A stretch of 64,000 bases of DNA, taken from positions 135,780,001 through 135,844,000 of the forward strand of contig NC_042997.1 in assembly GCF_006345805.1 (NCBI RefSeq). Direction: 5' to 3'. Source of the DNA: Octopus sinensis (lineage: Eukaryota). Made by a program: the position numbers and the translations under genes. Shown here in pieces: positions 53,047 to 64,000 of this stretch. Below the pieces are notes generated by a model that had not been told where the DNA came from, did no database searches, and saw only the letters and a list, made by a program, of their open reading frames with translations. The first letter of the stretch is position 1. Each line of letters starts with the position of its first letter.

Positions 53047-53555
53047 GCATTATTGCTAGTATTAGGCCAAACTAATTAGGTTATTTTCATATTAAATATT
53101 TGTATTTGCACTTTAACACCGGTGATGAAAAAAACTGTCACTAAATTATATGGAATTAGCTATGAATCTCCATTGTGTCACAAGTTGCGGCGATTAATGA
53201 AGTTCCATTTCTTTTGTCGTATGCGTTATTCACAAAATTATTTCAATCGATATCATGCGCTGTTAATAATTATTATAGGCGTAAACCACATTATCTCGAG
53301 AAATATTATCCGAAATTTCTTCCAGTTTACGCTACCAAGTTTCCTCTCACAAAGAAAATTATAAACCTAATAGAATGTTGTCACCAAGACTTGGTCTTTC
53401 GGGCTCATCTGCGGCATAACACATACTTTGCGATTAAAAAATATTTTCTTAAATATAACAACGCATTATATGCCTGCTACATTAATAAAACATTCATTGA
53501 AATGAATACGGAATAAGATGTACACAACAAGTTTTCTTAAAGCTCCATCTTCATA

Positions 53556-53773
53556 CGAGGGAAAGCTGAAAATTTCCTGACTTTGAGGGTTTCGCAGAAG
53601 GCCTGGTTGGAAGCCTAACTTTCCCTCTTCTTTCACAAGGCTTCGACAAACTGAAAAATCGATGCAATGCAATTAATTGTGTGAATCTGAGAGGGAAATA
53701 TGTTAAATGAAATAATCATTAACTGATCCTCCTGTATTTTCTTTTAAGCTAGACACTTTTCAGCATCGCCTCC
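53556..53773 (+). mobile_element. Internally deleted mariner (MITE)
   Basis: Imperfect ~29-bp TIRs (CGAGGGAAAGCTGAAAATTTCC vs reverse complement GGAGGCGATGCTGAAAAGTGTC), TA on both sides, and a remnant of the transposase C-terminus GFDKLKNRC..CVNLRG.YV. Confidence 0.7.
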
Positions 53774-53885
53774 TATGTATAGTCTCTGTTTCTACACGGA
53801 ATACAGACAACAATACCACCTATCACCGAGATACAAACGTTAAAATAAGAAAACGCATATATACATATACTTATATGCGTATGTC

Positions 53886-53935
<50 letters not shown>

Positions 53936-53936
53936 T

Positions 53937-53979
<43 letters not shown>

Positions 53980-54129
53980 CGTAATGTATGTATATATAAT
54001 TTAATGAATGCAGGAATGATACGTGAACTACTTCACGTCTCATGCTCCGGTAGTGTCATTATCTGACGTGCTTGTATACTTCATACCTTACACGATCCTG
54101 CAATCTAACATGATTCAGTTCTATTGTAT

Positions 54130-54207
54130 GGAATCTTGGGCAAGAATCATCTAATATAGTCTCGGGCCGACCGGCGCCTTGTGGTGGACTTGGTAGACGG
54201 AAACTGT

Positions 54208-54253
<46 letters not shown>

Positions 54254-54480
54254 CGTAAATGTGTGTATATGTATATGTGTGTGTCTCTGTTTGTCCCCAC
54301 CGTCCGCTTGAGAACCGGTGCTGCTATCTTTACATCTCCGTAACTTAACGCTTCAGCAAATGGACGGATAGAATAAGTACCATGCTTAAGAAATACGTAC
54401 TAGGGGGACTTTGTTCGACTAAAAAGTTCTCCAAGGTGGTGCTGCAGCATAGTCAGTCTAATGACTGAAACAAAGAAAGG
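54130..54480 (+). mobile_element. Degenerate family A SINE
   Basis: CTTGGGCAAG..TC..CTAATATAGTCTCGGGCCGACC...GGTAGACGGAAACTG...GAATAAGTAC...GACTGAAACAA. Confidence 0.7.
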
Positions 54481-55171
54481 ATAAAAGATAGAGTTGGATA
54501 GCCGAATGAGAATAGAATATTCCGGTGTGGGCGATGTCTTTTAGTTCGATAACAGAAACATAACAGAGGCTTATCAGAATAAATAACGGATGGATTCCTT
54601 GATGAGATAAAATTACTTTCATAGCATTAGGTACAAAGAGGGTTTCAATGAACATTCTGTGAAAGTTTCTTCGAACTGTGCTCCTAAAATAAAGACCATC
54701 TCATATAACACAACCAAGATGCTCACTTCAGTTTCCAACTTCAATATAACAGACACATGACCACTAGACCAGACGTACATAGCTCAATCTAATGACATTA
54801 ACAACGTATTTCACTTAACTTGTCAAATATGTTGAACCTAGATTCCATGAAGAGATATAAGCTCATTTTCTCGTTTTTATAGTTCTGGCATTCCCTCGTG
54901 TTACTTGAGCATGAGCTTGCACGCTACGCTGCAGAAGCTCATCTTCATACTGTACTGCGCGAGCATGAAAGTACATCTCGTATTACTCTTCTATTTATGA
55001 GAATGTTATCGCTAACTGAATCAAGAGCTTATTTGTTTTTCTTACGTATATTAGCAGAAAAACCGCCCTCCAAGCGGTTTGCTGCTGGCATATGTGTTGC
55101 GTATATTGATATTATATATACAAATAGATATGATACATAAATTATAGAGTAAATTGACAATATGCTCATGT

Positions 55172-55572
55172 ATTCAGTCATTTCAGTCATTTGAGTGCGG
55201 CCATGCTGGAGCACCGCCTTTAATCGAGCAACTCGACCCCGGGACTTATTCTTTTTGTAAGCCCAGTACTTATTCTATCGGTCTCTTTTGCCGAACCGCT
55301 AAGTAACGGGGACATAAACACACCAGCATCGGTTGTCAAGCAATGCTAGGGGGACAAACACAGACACACAAACACACACACACATACATATATATATATA
55401 CATATATACGACAGGCTTCTTTCAGTTTCCGTCTACCAAATCCACTCACAAGGCTTTGGTCGGCCCGGGGCTATAATAGAAGACACTTGCCCAAGGTTCC
55501 ACGCAGTGGGACCGAACCCAGAACCATGTGGTTGGTTAGCAAGCTATTTACCACACAGCCACTCCTGCGCCT
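55172..55572 (-). mobile_element. tRNA-derived SINE, family A, full length (young subfamily)
   Basis: Near-identical to 59675-60092. Confidence 0.9.
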
Positions 55573-57554
55573 ATTGAACAAAGACTGTTATACTCTATTC
55601 CGGAATCAGTAAAATAACCCATGTTACTTTTAAAAAGGACCATAATGAAAATTAGAAAAGAGATGAGACTGTCAAGGGAAAATGTTTATGAATCTTGACT
55701 TGAGGGAATTTGGAAATATATGCTCTGGTGGGAATTAATGAATTACATTTACCAATACGAAGAGTTGAGTTTTGCTATATTGTTGTTCCATTATATTCAC
55801 TTACAGACATCTTAAACGTTTCTAGTGTCCCTCTCCTAACAATTAAAAAGAAACTTATATATATTTCAATTAAAAGAGAGTAATGAATGAATCACATCAC
55901 TGTAGACATTTTTTGCAAGCACAACTGTCACCAACTGGAAACATTTCATTTATCTCGGTTTAATATTTTTATATTTTTTCTTGACGATCCTGGTAATGCA
56001 AAATACATCGGACCTTGTGCGAAGAAGTGTGTTGGGAGTTGATATCATCGACTAAATAATTCCAAGGTGGTACCGCAGCAACAACTGTGCGGATAATATT
56101 CAATAAGAAATTGAAAAGCTGAGCCCAAACTTAAGCCAATGGGGTAAGTGTTACTTTCAATTTCAGTCTAATGATTGACTTGCGACGGAAATATTCCATA
56201 CAAATTTTTCATGGGATATTTCATAGAATTTGTGCACTAACTGATAACCACTACATCATTTTAATGCGTTAGTTGCAATTGTTCCTCTTTGTCATATAAT
56301 CTATGATGGCAATGTTTAGGAATCAAGACACCAAGTGATGATAAATATAGTTGTTTATAGATTTCGAACTGCAACCAGTGAGTGAAGTTGTCCAATGTAT
56401 ATCTGGTCGACAATGAAACCGTCTCGATTGACTATTTGAATGAATTACTGTATTACAAGAAGTTTCTTCCTAAGTGTACCATACATATATTTAGTGTTAT
56501 TTCGATTATCCCAGGGAAATATTGTCTTTCCAATATGTATAATTTATTTGCATTGTTTGTCTGTCTGTTCTATGGCATATAATTTATTTGCGCTGTTTAT
56601 GTCGTGGGTTGATGGTAATAATATCTATAGCTACCTAACGTACAAAACTTCTGCCAGTAGTTTCTACCCAGTGCCAACGGCAATGTTGGCTGTTATGAGA
56701 AAGGATTTCATTGTTATTCCATCAAAAGATGCTTTTCAAGGCGTGGTTTACCACTTAATTGGGAAGGAGAAATGTTCTTCTTCCTCGATCTAATTATACA
56801 CCATATCGTGATTTCGCCTTCATACCGCCCACTTCTTTCCCCTTTCATTGAAAATATGAGTGTAGGAAATTATGCGTATTTATATGAAAAGTTTGCGGCG
56901 TAAACAACTCCGTCAAAATAGTATGCATATCGTGTAAAGTTTCATCAGCCTGACAAGTTTCACTGTTTTGAAAATATAAGCATTACTGACTTGAAAGGTA
57001 GGTGTCTTCAAGTTCGTGGATGTATCATGGTTCAAGTTCATTAAGAACTACCACATGGCCTCTTGGAGAAATACATCTTAAATAAGATATCATCTCTTCA
57101 TACAAGAGTCATTTCTTCCTCGAAGAAAGAAGAAATTCACTAACAGCAGAGTGTTGGCAATATTGACCGTTATTTCTACAGAAGCTCATTCGAGTCACTT
57201 ACAAAGGAGTTTATTGCTACATTTGAAACGTTTCGTGGATGAACATAAATTGAGATTAATGTTAGGGTTCTTCTGTTTCAATAAAATGCGTTATACGGCT
57301 GGCCATAATGTTTATCTCTGAAATCTCATTTACGTTGAAAACTGACTTCCCTACTGCGTCAGCGATACTCAGCTATTTATTATGACAAGATCCACTTTTG
57401 ACTTTCCATATAAGATGAACATAGTTTGTTATTAAAAAGAAAGTAAGTGAAAGTACATTTCGGTGAAATGAGATTATTACAGAGCGAGAGTGTCAGCGTT
57501 TTCTTAAAAAACGAGACCAATTACAGTATTTAAAAATAATAACAACAATAATAA

Positions 57555-57757
57555 TCCTTTCTACTAAAGGCCGATGGCTTGAAATTTGTGGTGAGGGACT
57601 AGGCGATTTCATTGACCCCACTGTCTCACGGTACTTAATTTATCGACACTGAAAGGCAAAGTACATCTCGGCATAATTTGAACTCAGAACGTCAAGGCGT
57701 ACGAAATAACGTTAAGCATTTCGCCTGACGTGCAAACGATTTTGCCAGCTCACCACC
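57555..57757 (-). mobile_element. Family B SINE
   Basis: Minus-strand head GGTGGTGAGCTGGCAAAATCGTTTGCACGTCAGGCGAAATGCTT and GAGTTCAAATT. Confidence 0.7.
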
Positions 57758-57784
57758 AAAATAATAATGATGATGATGATGATG

Positions 57785-57838
<54 letters not shown>

Positions 57839-57852
57839 GCAATAATAATAAC

Positions 57853-58104
57853 AATATACCAGTAATTACAAATAGAACAGGTTGAATTGCTTCTTTTGAA
57901 GGCAGCTCTCTCAGTATCCGCTGGTAGTAGTAAACACATTCGAGCTCTACTGACCTAACGGGGGCGAAGAGTCTTTTGTCTCTATCAAACGCTTTCCTGT
58001 AGTCTATCCATGCCATACCCAGGTTTTTCTTTTGTTTCGGCAATTCTCTACAATCATTTTACTTATAATTGATCTTTGCACCCGTAAGAATTCCTTTTAC
58101 AGCT
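57853..58104 (-). pseudogene. R4-like RT fragment between microsatellites, possibly an inverted chimera
   Basis: Minus strand CKRNSYGCKDQL...KNLGMAWIDYRKAFD at about 57975-58104. The left part may be RT domain 4 on the plus strand. Confidence 0.65.
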
Positions 58105-58122
58105 TATTATTATTATTATTAC

Positions 58123-58203
<81 letters not shown>

Positions 58204-58231
58204 CATTATTATTATTATTATTATTATTATC

Positions 58232-58263
<32 letters not shown>

Positions 58264-58301
58264 CATCATCACCATCATCATCATTATTATTATTATTGTT
58301 G

Positions 58302-58350
<49 letters not shown>

Positions 58351-58354
<4 letters not shown>

Positions 58355-61300
58355 TAGTTTTATTTTTATAGCGTGCTTTCACTTCCCTACCGAGCGCAGT
58401 TCAGTGTGCCTTGGGTATGTGCTGTGATTTACTGTGATGCTCTTATGGGTACTGTATTAAAAGTGTTTTGCGTAGGATATGTGTAGTGCTCAGTAGTGCA
58501 ATTTTCTGTATGTTATATATATTTGTAAGCCCTGGTGTTTTTGTTATGTATTATTTTATCATACCTAATGCGCACACAATGATAGGAATTGTTTCTGTTT
58601 TTAGATTCTACATTCGAGTTACCTCTATTTCCAGAATTTTGTATTTTGAAAGTTTCTCCATTTCTTTTAGAGGCACGTTGTCATTTGCTGGTATTGATAC
58701 ATCAATTAGAAAGCATTTTTTTTTCTTCATGATCTCTGACTACTATATCTGGTCTGTTGGCCTTAATTTCTCTATCTGTGTGTATTGGCATATCCCAGAA
58801 TATGGTTACTTTCTCGTTTTCTGTTACCTTTTCTGGCGTGTGCCTATACCATCTTTTTTCTGTAGTTATTCCATAGTGTTGGCATAGCATCCAGTGTATA
58901 TAGGTCCCACCTCTGTCGTACCTGAATATATTCCTTCTTAGGCAGGACTGGGCAGCCAGAGATAATATGATTTAATGTTTTTTCTCTATCTCCACATATT
59001 CTGCAGTTTCTTGTTACGTTTCTTTTCATTATATGTTTTTGGTTATTTCTGGTGGGGAGGCTTTGGTCTTGTACTGCAATTAAAAATGCTTCAGTCTCTG
59101 CTTTGAGTCCTGAGCTTCTCAACCATGGCTGGGATTTTTCTCTATTTCTTTTTCATTTAGTTAAGCCCAGTATTTGCTATGAAGGAGCTTTTCTTACCAT
59201 CGTTTTATCATGGTCCGTTGCTGTTCTAGTTTTAGTTTAGATTTCATTTGTTGTATAGCTTTCCTTGTTTCTTCTTCTGCCAATTATTTAGGTAGTATGA
59301 CTTCTTGTTTGTATTTGTTAGCTTCCTTAAACACTGAAAACAGCTTTTTTTGTTTTGCTCGTGTTTTGTGGCTATTTGTATTAGTTTTCCTTGCTTCTGA
59401 AGTAGGAATTTTTACAGTCCTATGGTGGTTATTCTAAAATAGGTTTCCAGCTGTATAAAGCCTCTACCACCTTCTATACGTTGTATATATAGCCTTTCTA
59501 TGTCAGATTTTGAGTGGTGCATCCTAGATCCTGTTAATATTTTTCTTGTTTTCCTGTCTCTTTTGGTTAGTTCATTATCCAGTTAAGGATATTGTAGCTG
59601 TAACTAACTGGCATGGCTAAAGTATTAATACCTATTACCTTGTTTTTAGCATTGAGCTCTGTTTTCAGTATATCTCTTTCTCTTTTCTCTTTTACTTGTT
59701 TCAGTTATTTGACTGCGGCCATGCTGGAGCACCGCCTTTAGTCGAGCAAATCGACCTCGGGACTTATTCTTTGTAAGCCCAGTACTTATTCTATCGGTCT
59801 CTTTTGCCGAACCGCTAAGTAACGGGGACGTAAACACACCAGCATCGGTTGTCAAGCAGTGCTAGGGAGACAAACACAAACACACAAACACATACACATA
59901 CATACATATACATATATACATATATACGACAGGCTTCTTTCAGTTTCCGTCTACCAAATCCACTCACAAGGCATTGGTCGGCCCGGGGCTATAGCAGAAG
60001 ACACTTGCCCAAGATGCCACGCAGTGGGACTGAACCCAGAACCATGTGGTTGGTTAGCAAGCTACTTACCACACAGCCACTCCTGCGCCTATATAGTATT
60101 CTTTTTTTTCTCTTTCATTTGTGTGTGTTGTATCATATGTAGTTCATTGATTCCTAAATATTTGTGTGTCTGGCTTTGGTCTAATTCTCTTATTTCATTG
60201 GCTTTATCTAGTGTGATATTGCTACTCTTAACTACTTTTCCTCTTTTCAGGGTTGATTTGGCACATTTTTCTAAGTCGAATTTCATATCTATTTCTTTGC
60301 TAAATCCATGTACTATCTGTAGTAGTGTCTCCAGCTGTTTATCATTTGTAGCATATAATTTTAGGTTATCCATATATAAGATGTGGCTGATTGTTTTGCC
60401 GTAACATTTTATCCGTATCCAGTTCTATTTAGCATGTCAGATAAACGTGTCAGTGCCAAGCAGAAAAGGAGTGGGATATTTCTATTCTAACGGGGATGGC
60501 TTTGTTTTTTCACGAGTCCCTCTTTTGTTTGGAACTGTAGCACTGTCTGCCATTTATTCCTAGAGTATTTTATGTATTTTATAATTATTGGTGCTACCTT
60601 GTTCATGGCTAGTGTTTCGAGGATCCACGTGTGGGGAATACTATCAAAAGCCTTTCGGTAGTCGATAATGAGGCCTTTCTTTTTTCTGCGGCTGTCTTCA
60701 GTAATGGTTTTTTTTATCATTATTTGATCTTTACAGCCGTATAATCCCTTGCAGCATCCCTTCTGCTCTTCTGGAAACAGGTTGTTTTCTTCCTGATGCT
60801 TGCTCAAATTCTGCGATATTATTGCAGTAAAGGCTTTGTAAATTGTAGGGAGACAGATTATAGGTCTGTAGTTTTGCCGTTTCAGTGGATTTGGGAGTTA
60901 GGATAGCTTTCTCTTTTATGAGCCATTCAGGCATTGTCTCTGACTCTGCTAGTATGTCGTTAAAGTTTTCAGCCAGCTTTTTGTGTATTCCTGTCAGATA
61001 TTTAAGCCAGAAATTGGGAATCTTGTCGTGCCCAGGTGCCTTTCAGTTGTTTAGTCTTTGCAGTACCTGGGTGACTTCCTCAGTTGTTGTAGGGGTCCAG
61101 AGTTGTTCAGGTGCTAAGTTCGTGATTTTAATAGTCCTTTTCTGAGGTTGTTCCCGCGCCGATCATATTTCTTTCCAAAATCCTTCCACTTCTGCTGTTG
61201 TTGCTACATTGATATCTATTTTATTTTTGCAAAGATCTTGGTAGAATTTTGGGGGAATTGAGTTTTGGGGAACTGTTTGTTATGTTAACAGAAACGTTGG

Positions 61301-61803
61301 CGCTTCTCATACGGGCGGATCCTTTGTGCTTTGGCAAGGATATCTTGCTAAAGCTTTTCTTTTACCTCAGGTAAACCTTTTTCTGCACAGTATTTTTCTT
61401 TTCTTCTTGTTACTTAGTAGTGTTGATTGTCTACTAATTTCGTTAAGAATTGACAGATATTTCTCTTGTTTCTTTTTTTTTATATTATTTAACCACATGG
61501 TTTGTTTGGGTGGTGGTACTCCTGTTTGGATGGGTTTGAGGGAGTATCCAGCTTCCTTTGTGGCTGCAGTGGCTGCTGCATATATTATGTCATTTAGCTC
61601 AGTGATATTGCCATTTGTTTCTGTGGCTATTAGTTCCGTGACGGCCAGGTTTATGCTATTTCTTATTGATATTGTTTTATTGTCCATTTTGATTTTTCGG
61701 AGGTATAATCGGTGGTCCATTCTGAAATCTGTGGATTCAGTTCTTTGATTATTCTCATTTTTATAGTATCATAATCATTAGGTTCCCATTCACTGTTTCC
61801 AGG

Positions 61804-61805
<2 letters not shown>
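58351..61805 (-). mobile_element. 5'-truncated R4/Dong-like LINE (RT, CCHC, RLE), decayed, within a (TAA)n array
   Basis: TELNDIIYAAA; PGHDKIPNFWLK; PEEQKGC...GCKDQ; DYRKAFDSIPH.W; YMDNLKLY; GLKAETEAFLIAVQDQSL; CRICG...NHIISGC; FWDMPIHTD.EIKANRPDIVV. Both ends join (TAA)n on the sense strand. Confidence 0.9.
59675..60092 (-). mobile_element. Family A SINE nested in the R4-like LINE
   Basis: Interrupts the KEK..KEYY/..ILKTELN segment of the LINE RT-thumb region. Confidence 0.9.
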
Positions 61806-61860
<55 letters not shown>

Positions 61861-61875
61861 CATTGTTATTATTAT

Positions 61876-62380
61876 TGAGTGAGAGAGCAGTGCATGCCAT
61901 CAAAGTAACACTGGGGTAAAATATACGAAGCCCAATATACCCATCATGACTACCCGTCTGATAAGGGTACACCAGACACATGCATCACAACCATATGTGC
62001 GCGACATGGTGATCTCATATCAAGATAAACAGCACATGACCTTGCAGGTGGGGCCCAGTTAGAATTTTCTTCAGGTTGAGTAGCCCATCCCGCTCAAAAG
62101 GTCCCTGAATAAGGGTTGTTTAAGGATGTTGAAAGAACCACCCATGTTTCCAGAGGTGAATTATTCAAATCCCAAAGAATCCCTCTCAACACATGGCTAT
62201 GATGCTCCCCCACTACTTCTGCTCGTGATCAGAGATGCACATATCGTCAGCCACTAAGGGACATGCTCAACTGGTTAAGGTCAAACAACTGACAAGTAAA
62301 TCTGTGGTATTGAGCAGAATATTTGCTGTAGCCCATCTTTTATACCAAGACAAAACAATGTACATGATAACACTTCCAAT
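61876..62380 (-). mobile_element. Non-coding (TAA)n-associated element, 5'-truncated copy
   Basis: 505 bp, about 9 substitutions relative to 62431-62935. Orientation inferred from the (TAA)n tail. Confidence 0.8.
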
Positions 62381-62383
62381 AAG

Positions 62384-62427
<44 letters not shown>

Positions 62428-62430
62428 CAT

Positions 62431-62985
62431 TGAGTGAGAGAGCAGTTCATGCCATCAAAGTGACACTGGGGTAAAATATACGAAGCCCAATATACCCATC
62501 ATGACTACCCGTCTGATAAAGGTACACCAGACACATGCATCACAACCATATGTGCGCGACATGGTGATCTCATATCAAGATAAACAGCACATGACCTTGC
62601 AGGTGGGGCCCAGTTAGAATTTTCTTCAGGTTGAGTAGACCATCCCGCTCAAACGGTCCCTGAATAAGGGTTGTTTAAGGATGTTGAAAGAACCACCTAT
62701 GTTTCCAGAGGTGAACTATTCAAACCCCAAAGAATCCCTCTCAACACATGGCTATGATGCTCCCCCACTACTTCTGCTCGTGATCAGAGATGCACATATC
62801 GTCAGCCACTAAGGGACATGCTCAACTGGTTAAGGTCAAACAACTGACAAGCAAATCTGTGGTATTGAGCAGAATATTTGCTGTAGCCCATCTTTTATAC
62901 CAAGACAAAACAATGTACATGATAACACTTCCAATCAGTTAAGATCAGAAGCCATGAGAGCCACTGCCTGGTACTGCATCAGGGC

Positions 62986-62986
<1 letters not shown>
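62431..62986 (-). mobile_element. Non-coding (TAA)n-associated element, longer copy (556 bp)
   Basis: Flanked on both sides by (TTA)n, with no recognisable ORF and no tRNA head. Confidence 0.8.
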
Positions 62987-63036
<50 letters not shown>

Positions 63037-63567
63037 CATTGCACTCAGGAGTATTTCGTCTACCGCTACGTTGTGAGTTAATAATAATATTATCATCATC
63101 ATCATCATCATTGTCGGTGTTGCTTTATACGGAACAATAAAAATATACAAACGGAGTATCCCCTCCAAGTCATCATATCTCAAATAAGATAAATAACGAA
63201 ACTGTTAAACAATTAGAGAATGTTATTGATACACACATGAGAGATATATGAATGGTCATCCGAAAAGAAGACTTAGGAATTCTGTTTATCTATGTCTCAA
63301 TTGCAGCAAAAATTTAAACCATATAAGACGAGGCATAAAAACAGACAAAGATGAAACCACTCATGATTTAGTTAATATACTAAAGTAAACAATAGACTAT
63401 TTATATACCGCACATAGACCAGTTCTAAAAATGAATAAATGAAGTAAACGAGAGTTCTCCCTTGGGATCCAATGTTTGCTGCGTTCTTCATGACCAATTT
63501 AAGCGTGCACACGCACACACACATATATATGTGTATATATATGTATACGTATATATATATGTATATG

Positions 63568-63598
<31 letters not shown>

Positions 63599-63834
63599 TT
63601 GTATTTGTGTGTGTGTTTGTATGTGTGTGCGTGTGTGTTGTGTTTGTGTATGTATATACAGTGACAGTGAGAGTAAATAGCTAGTTACCTAGATACATAT
63701 ATAAGTAGAGATATGTGTGTGTGTGTATATATCTACTTTTCTCGCTGTATTGCGTGCCCGTTTCTCTTTGTTTCTATCTGTCATTTTATAGTTATCTTCT
63801 ATATAAATGAAAATATTTCCTCCGTCTGGCTGCT

Positions 63835-64000
63835 TTTATTTCTACAAAATGAGAAGTTACATTGCAGAACTGTTATTATAACAAGTTGTATCTATTTACC
63901 ACCCGACGACATACATATGCACCGCCGGATGCTCCTGAACCAGTTGTTGAGTGTCCCACCCGTAAATGATCGATGCTAGATGTGTCGAAACAAATGTCGT
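63835..64000. repeat. Unclassified interspersed repeat (copy of 11360-11520)
   Basis: See 11360-11520. Runs off the end of the window. Confidence 0.75.

Noticed and set aside
55054-55085. GC-rich hairpin GCAG-AA-AAACCGC/GCGGTTT-G-CTGC
   Set aside because: It is a single short imperfect stem with no second copy or supporting context, so chance cannot be excluded.
56930-56970. Permuted hammerhead on the minus strand (GAAAC-UU-GUC-AGG-CUGAUGA)
   Set aside because: Only 3 nt lie between the cleavage site and the core, so stem I cannot form. The context (TGTAAAGTTTCATCA) resembles a Helentron-type internal sequence.

Overview
AT-rich eukaryotic DNA, dense in microsatellites and made almost entirely of transposable elements and their remnants. 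The repeat families look like those of a cephalopod, probably Octopus (inference from recalled repeat consensus sequences, not a database search). No host protein-coding gene, genuine tRNA/rRNA gene or CRISPR array is supported, and most short six-frame ORFs are translations of (TA)n, (CA)n, (GATA)n or (TAA)n tracts. Recognisable elements: a full-length but decayed ~6.2 kb Tx1/L1-clade LINE sitting inside a (GATA)n array; several R4/Dong-like restriction-endonuclease LINEs and a 556-bp non-coding element, all inserted in (TAA)n arrays; a decayed CR1-group LINE; a full-length Tc1 transposon; Penelope-like (GIY-YIG) fragments from two lineages; a non-autonomous Helitron and a Helentron/HINE-like element; mariner and pogo MITEs; and about 20 tRNA-derived SINE copies. 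The most interesting signals are (1) two families of short repeats carrying minimal, probably dimer-acting hammerhead ribozymes, one pair showing a compensatory base change, and (2) apparent microsatellite-specific targeting, with Tx1 in (GATA)n and R4-like LINEs plus a putative non-autonomous partner stacked in (TAA)n. Coordinates of decayed elements are approximate.
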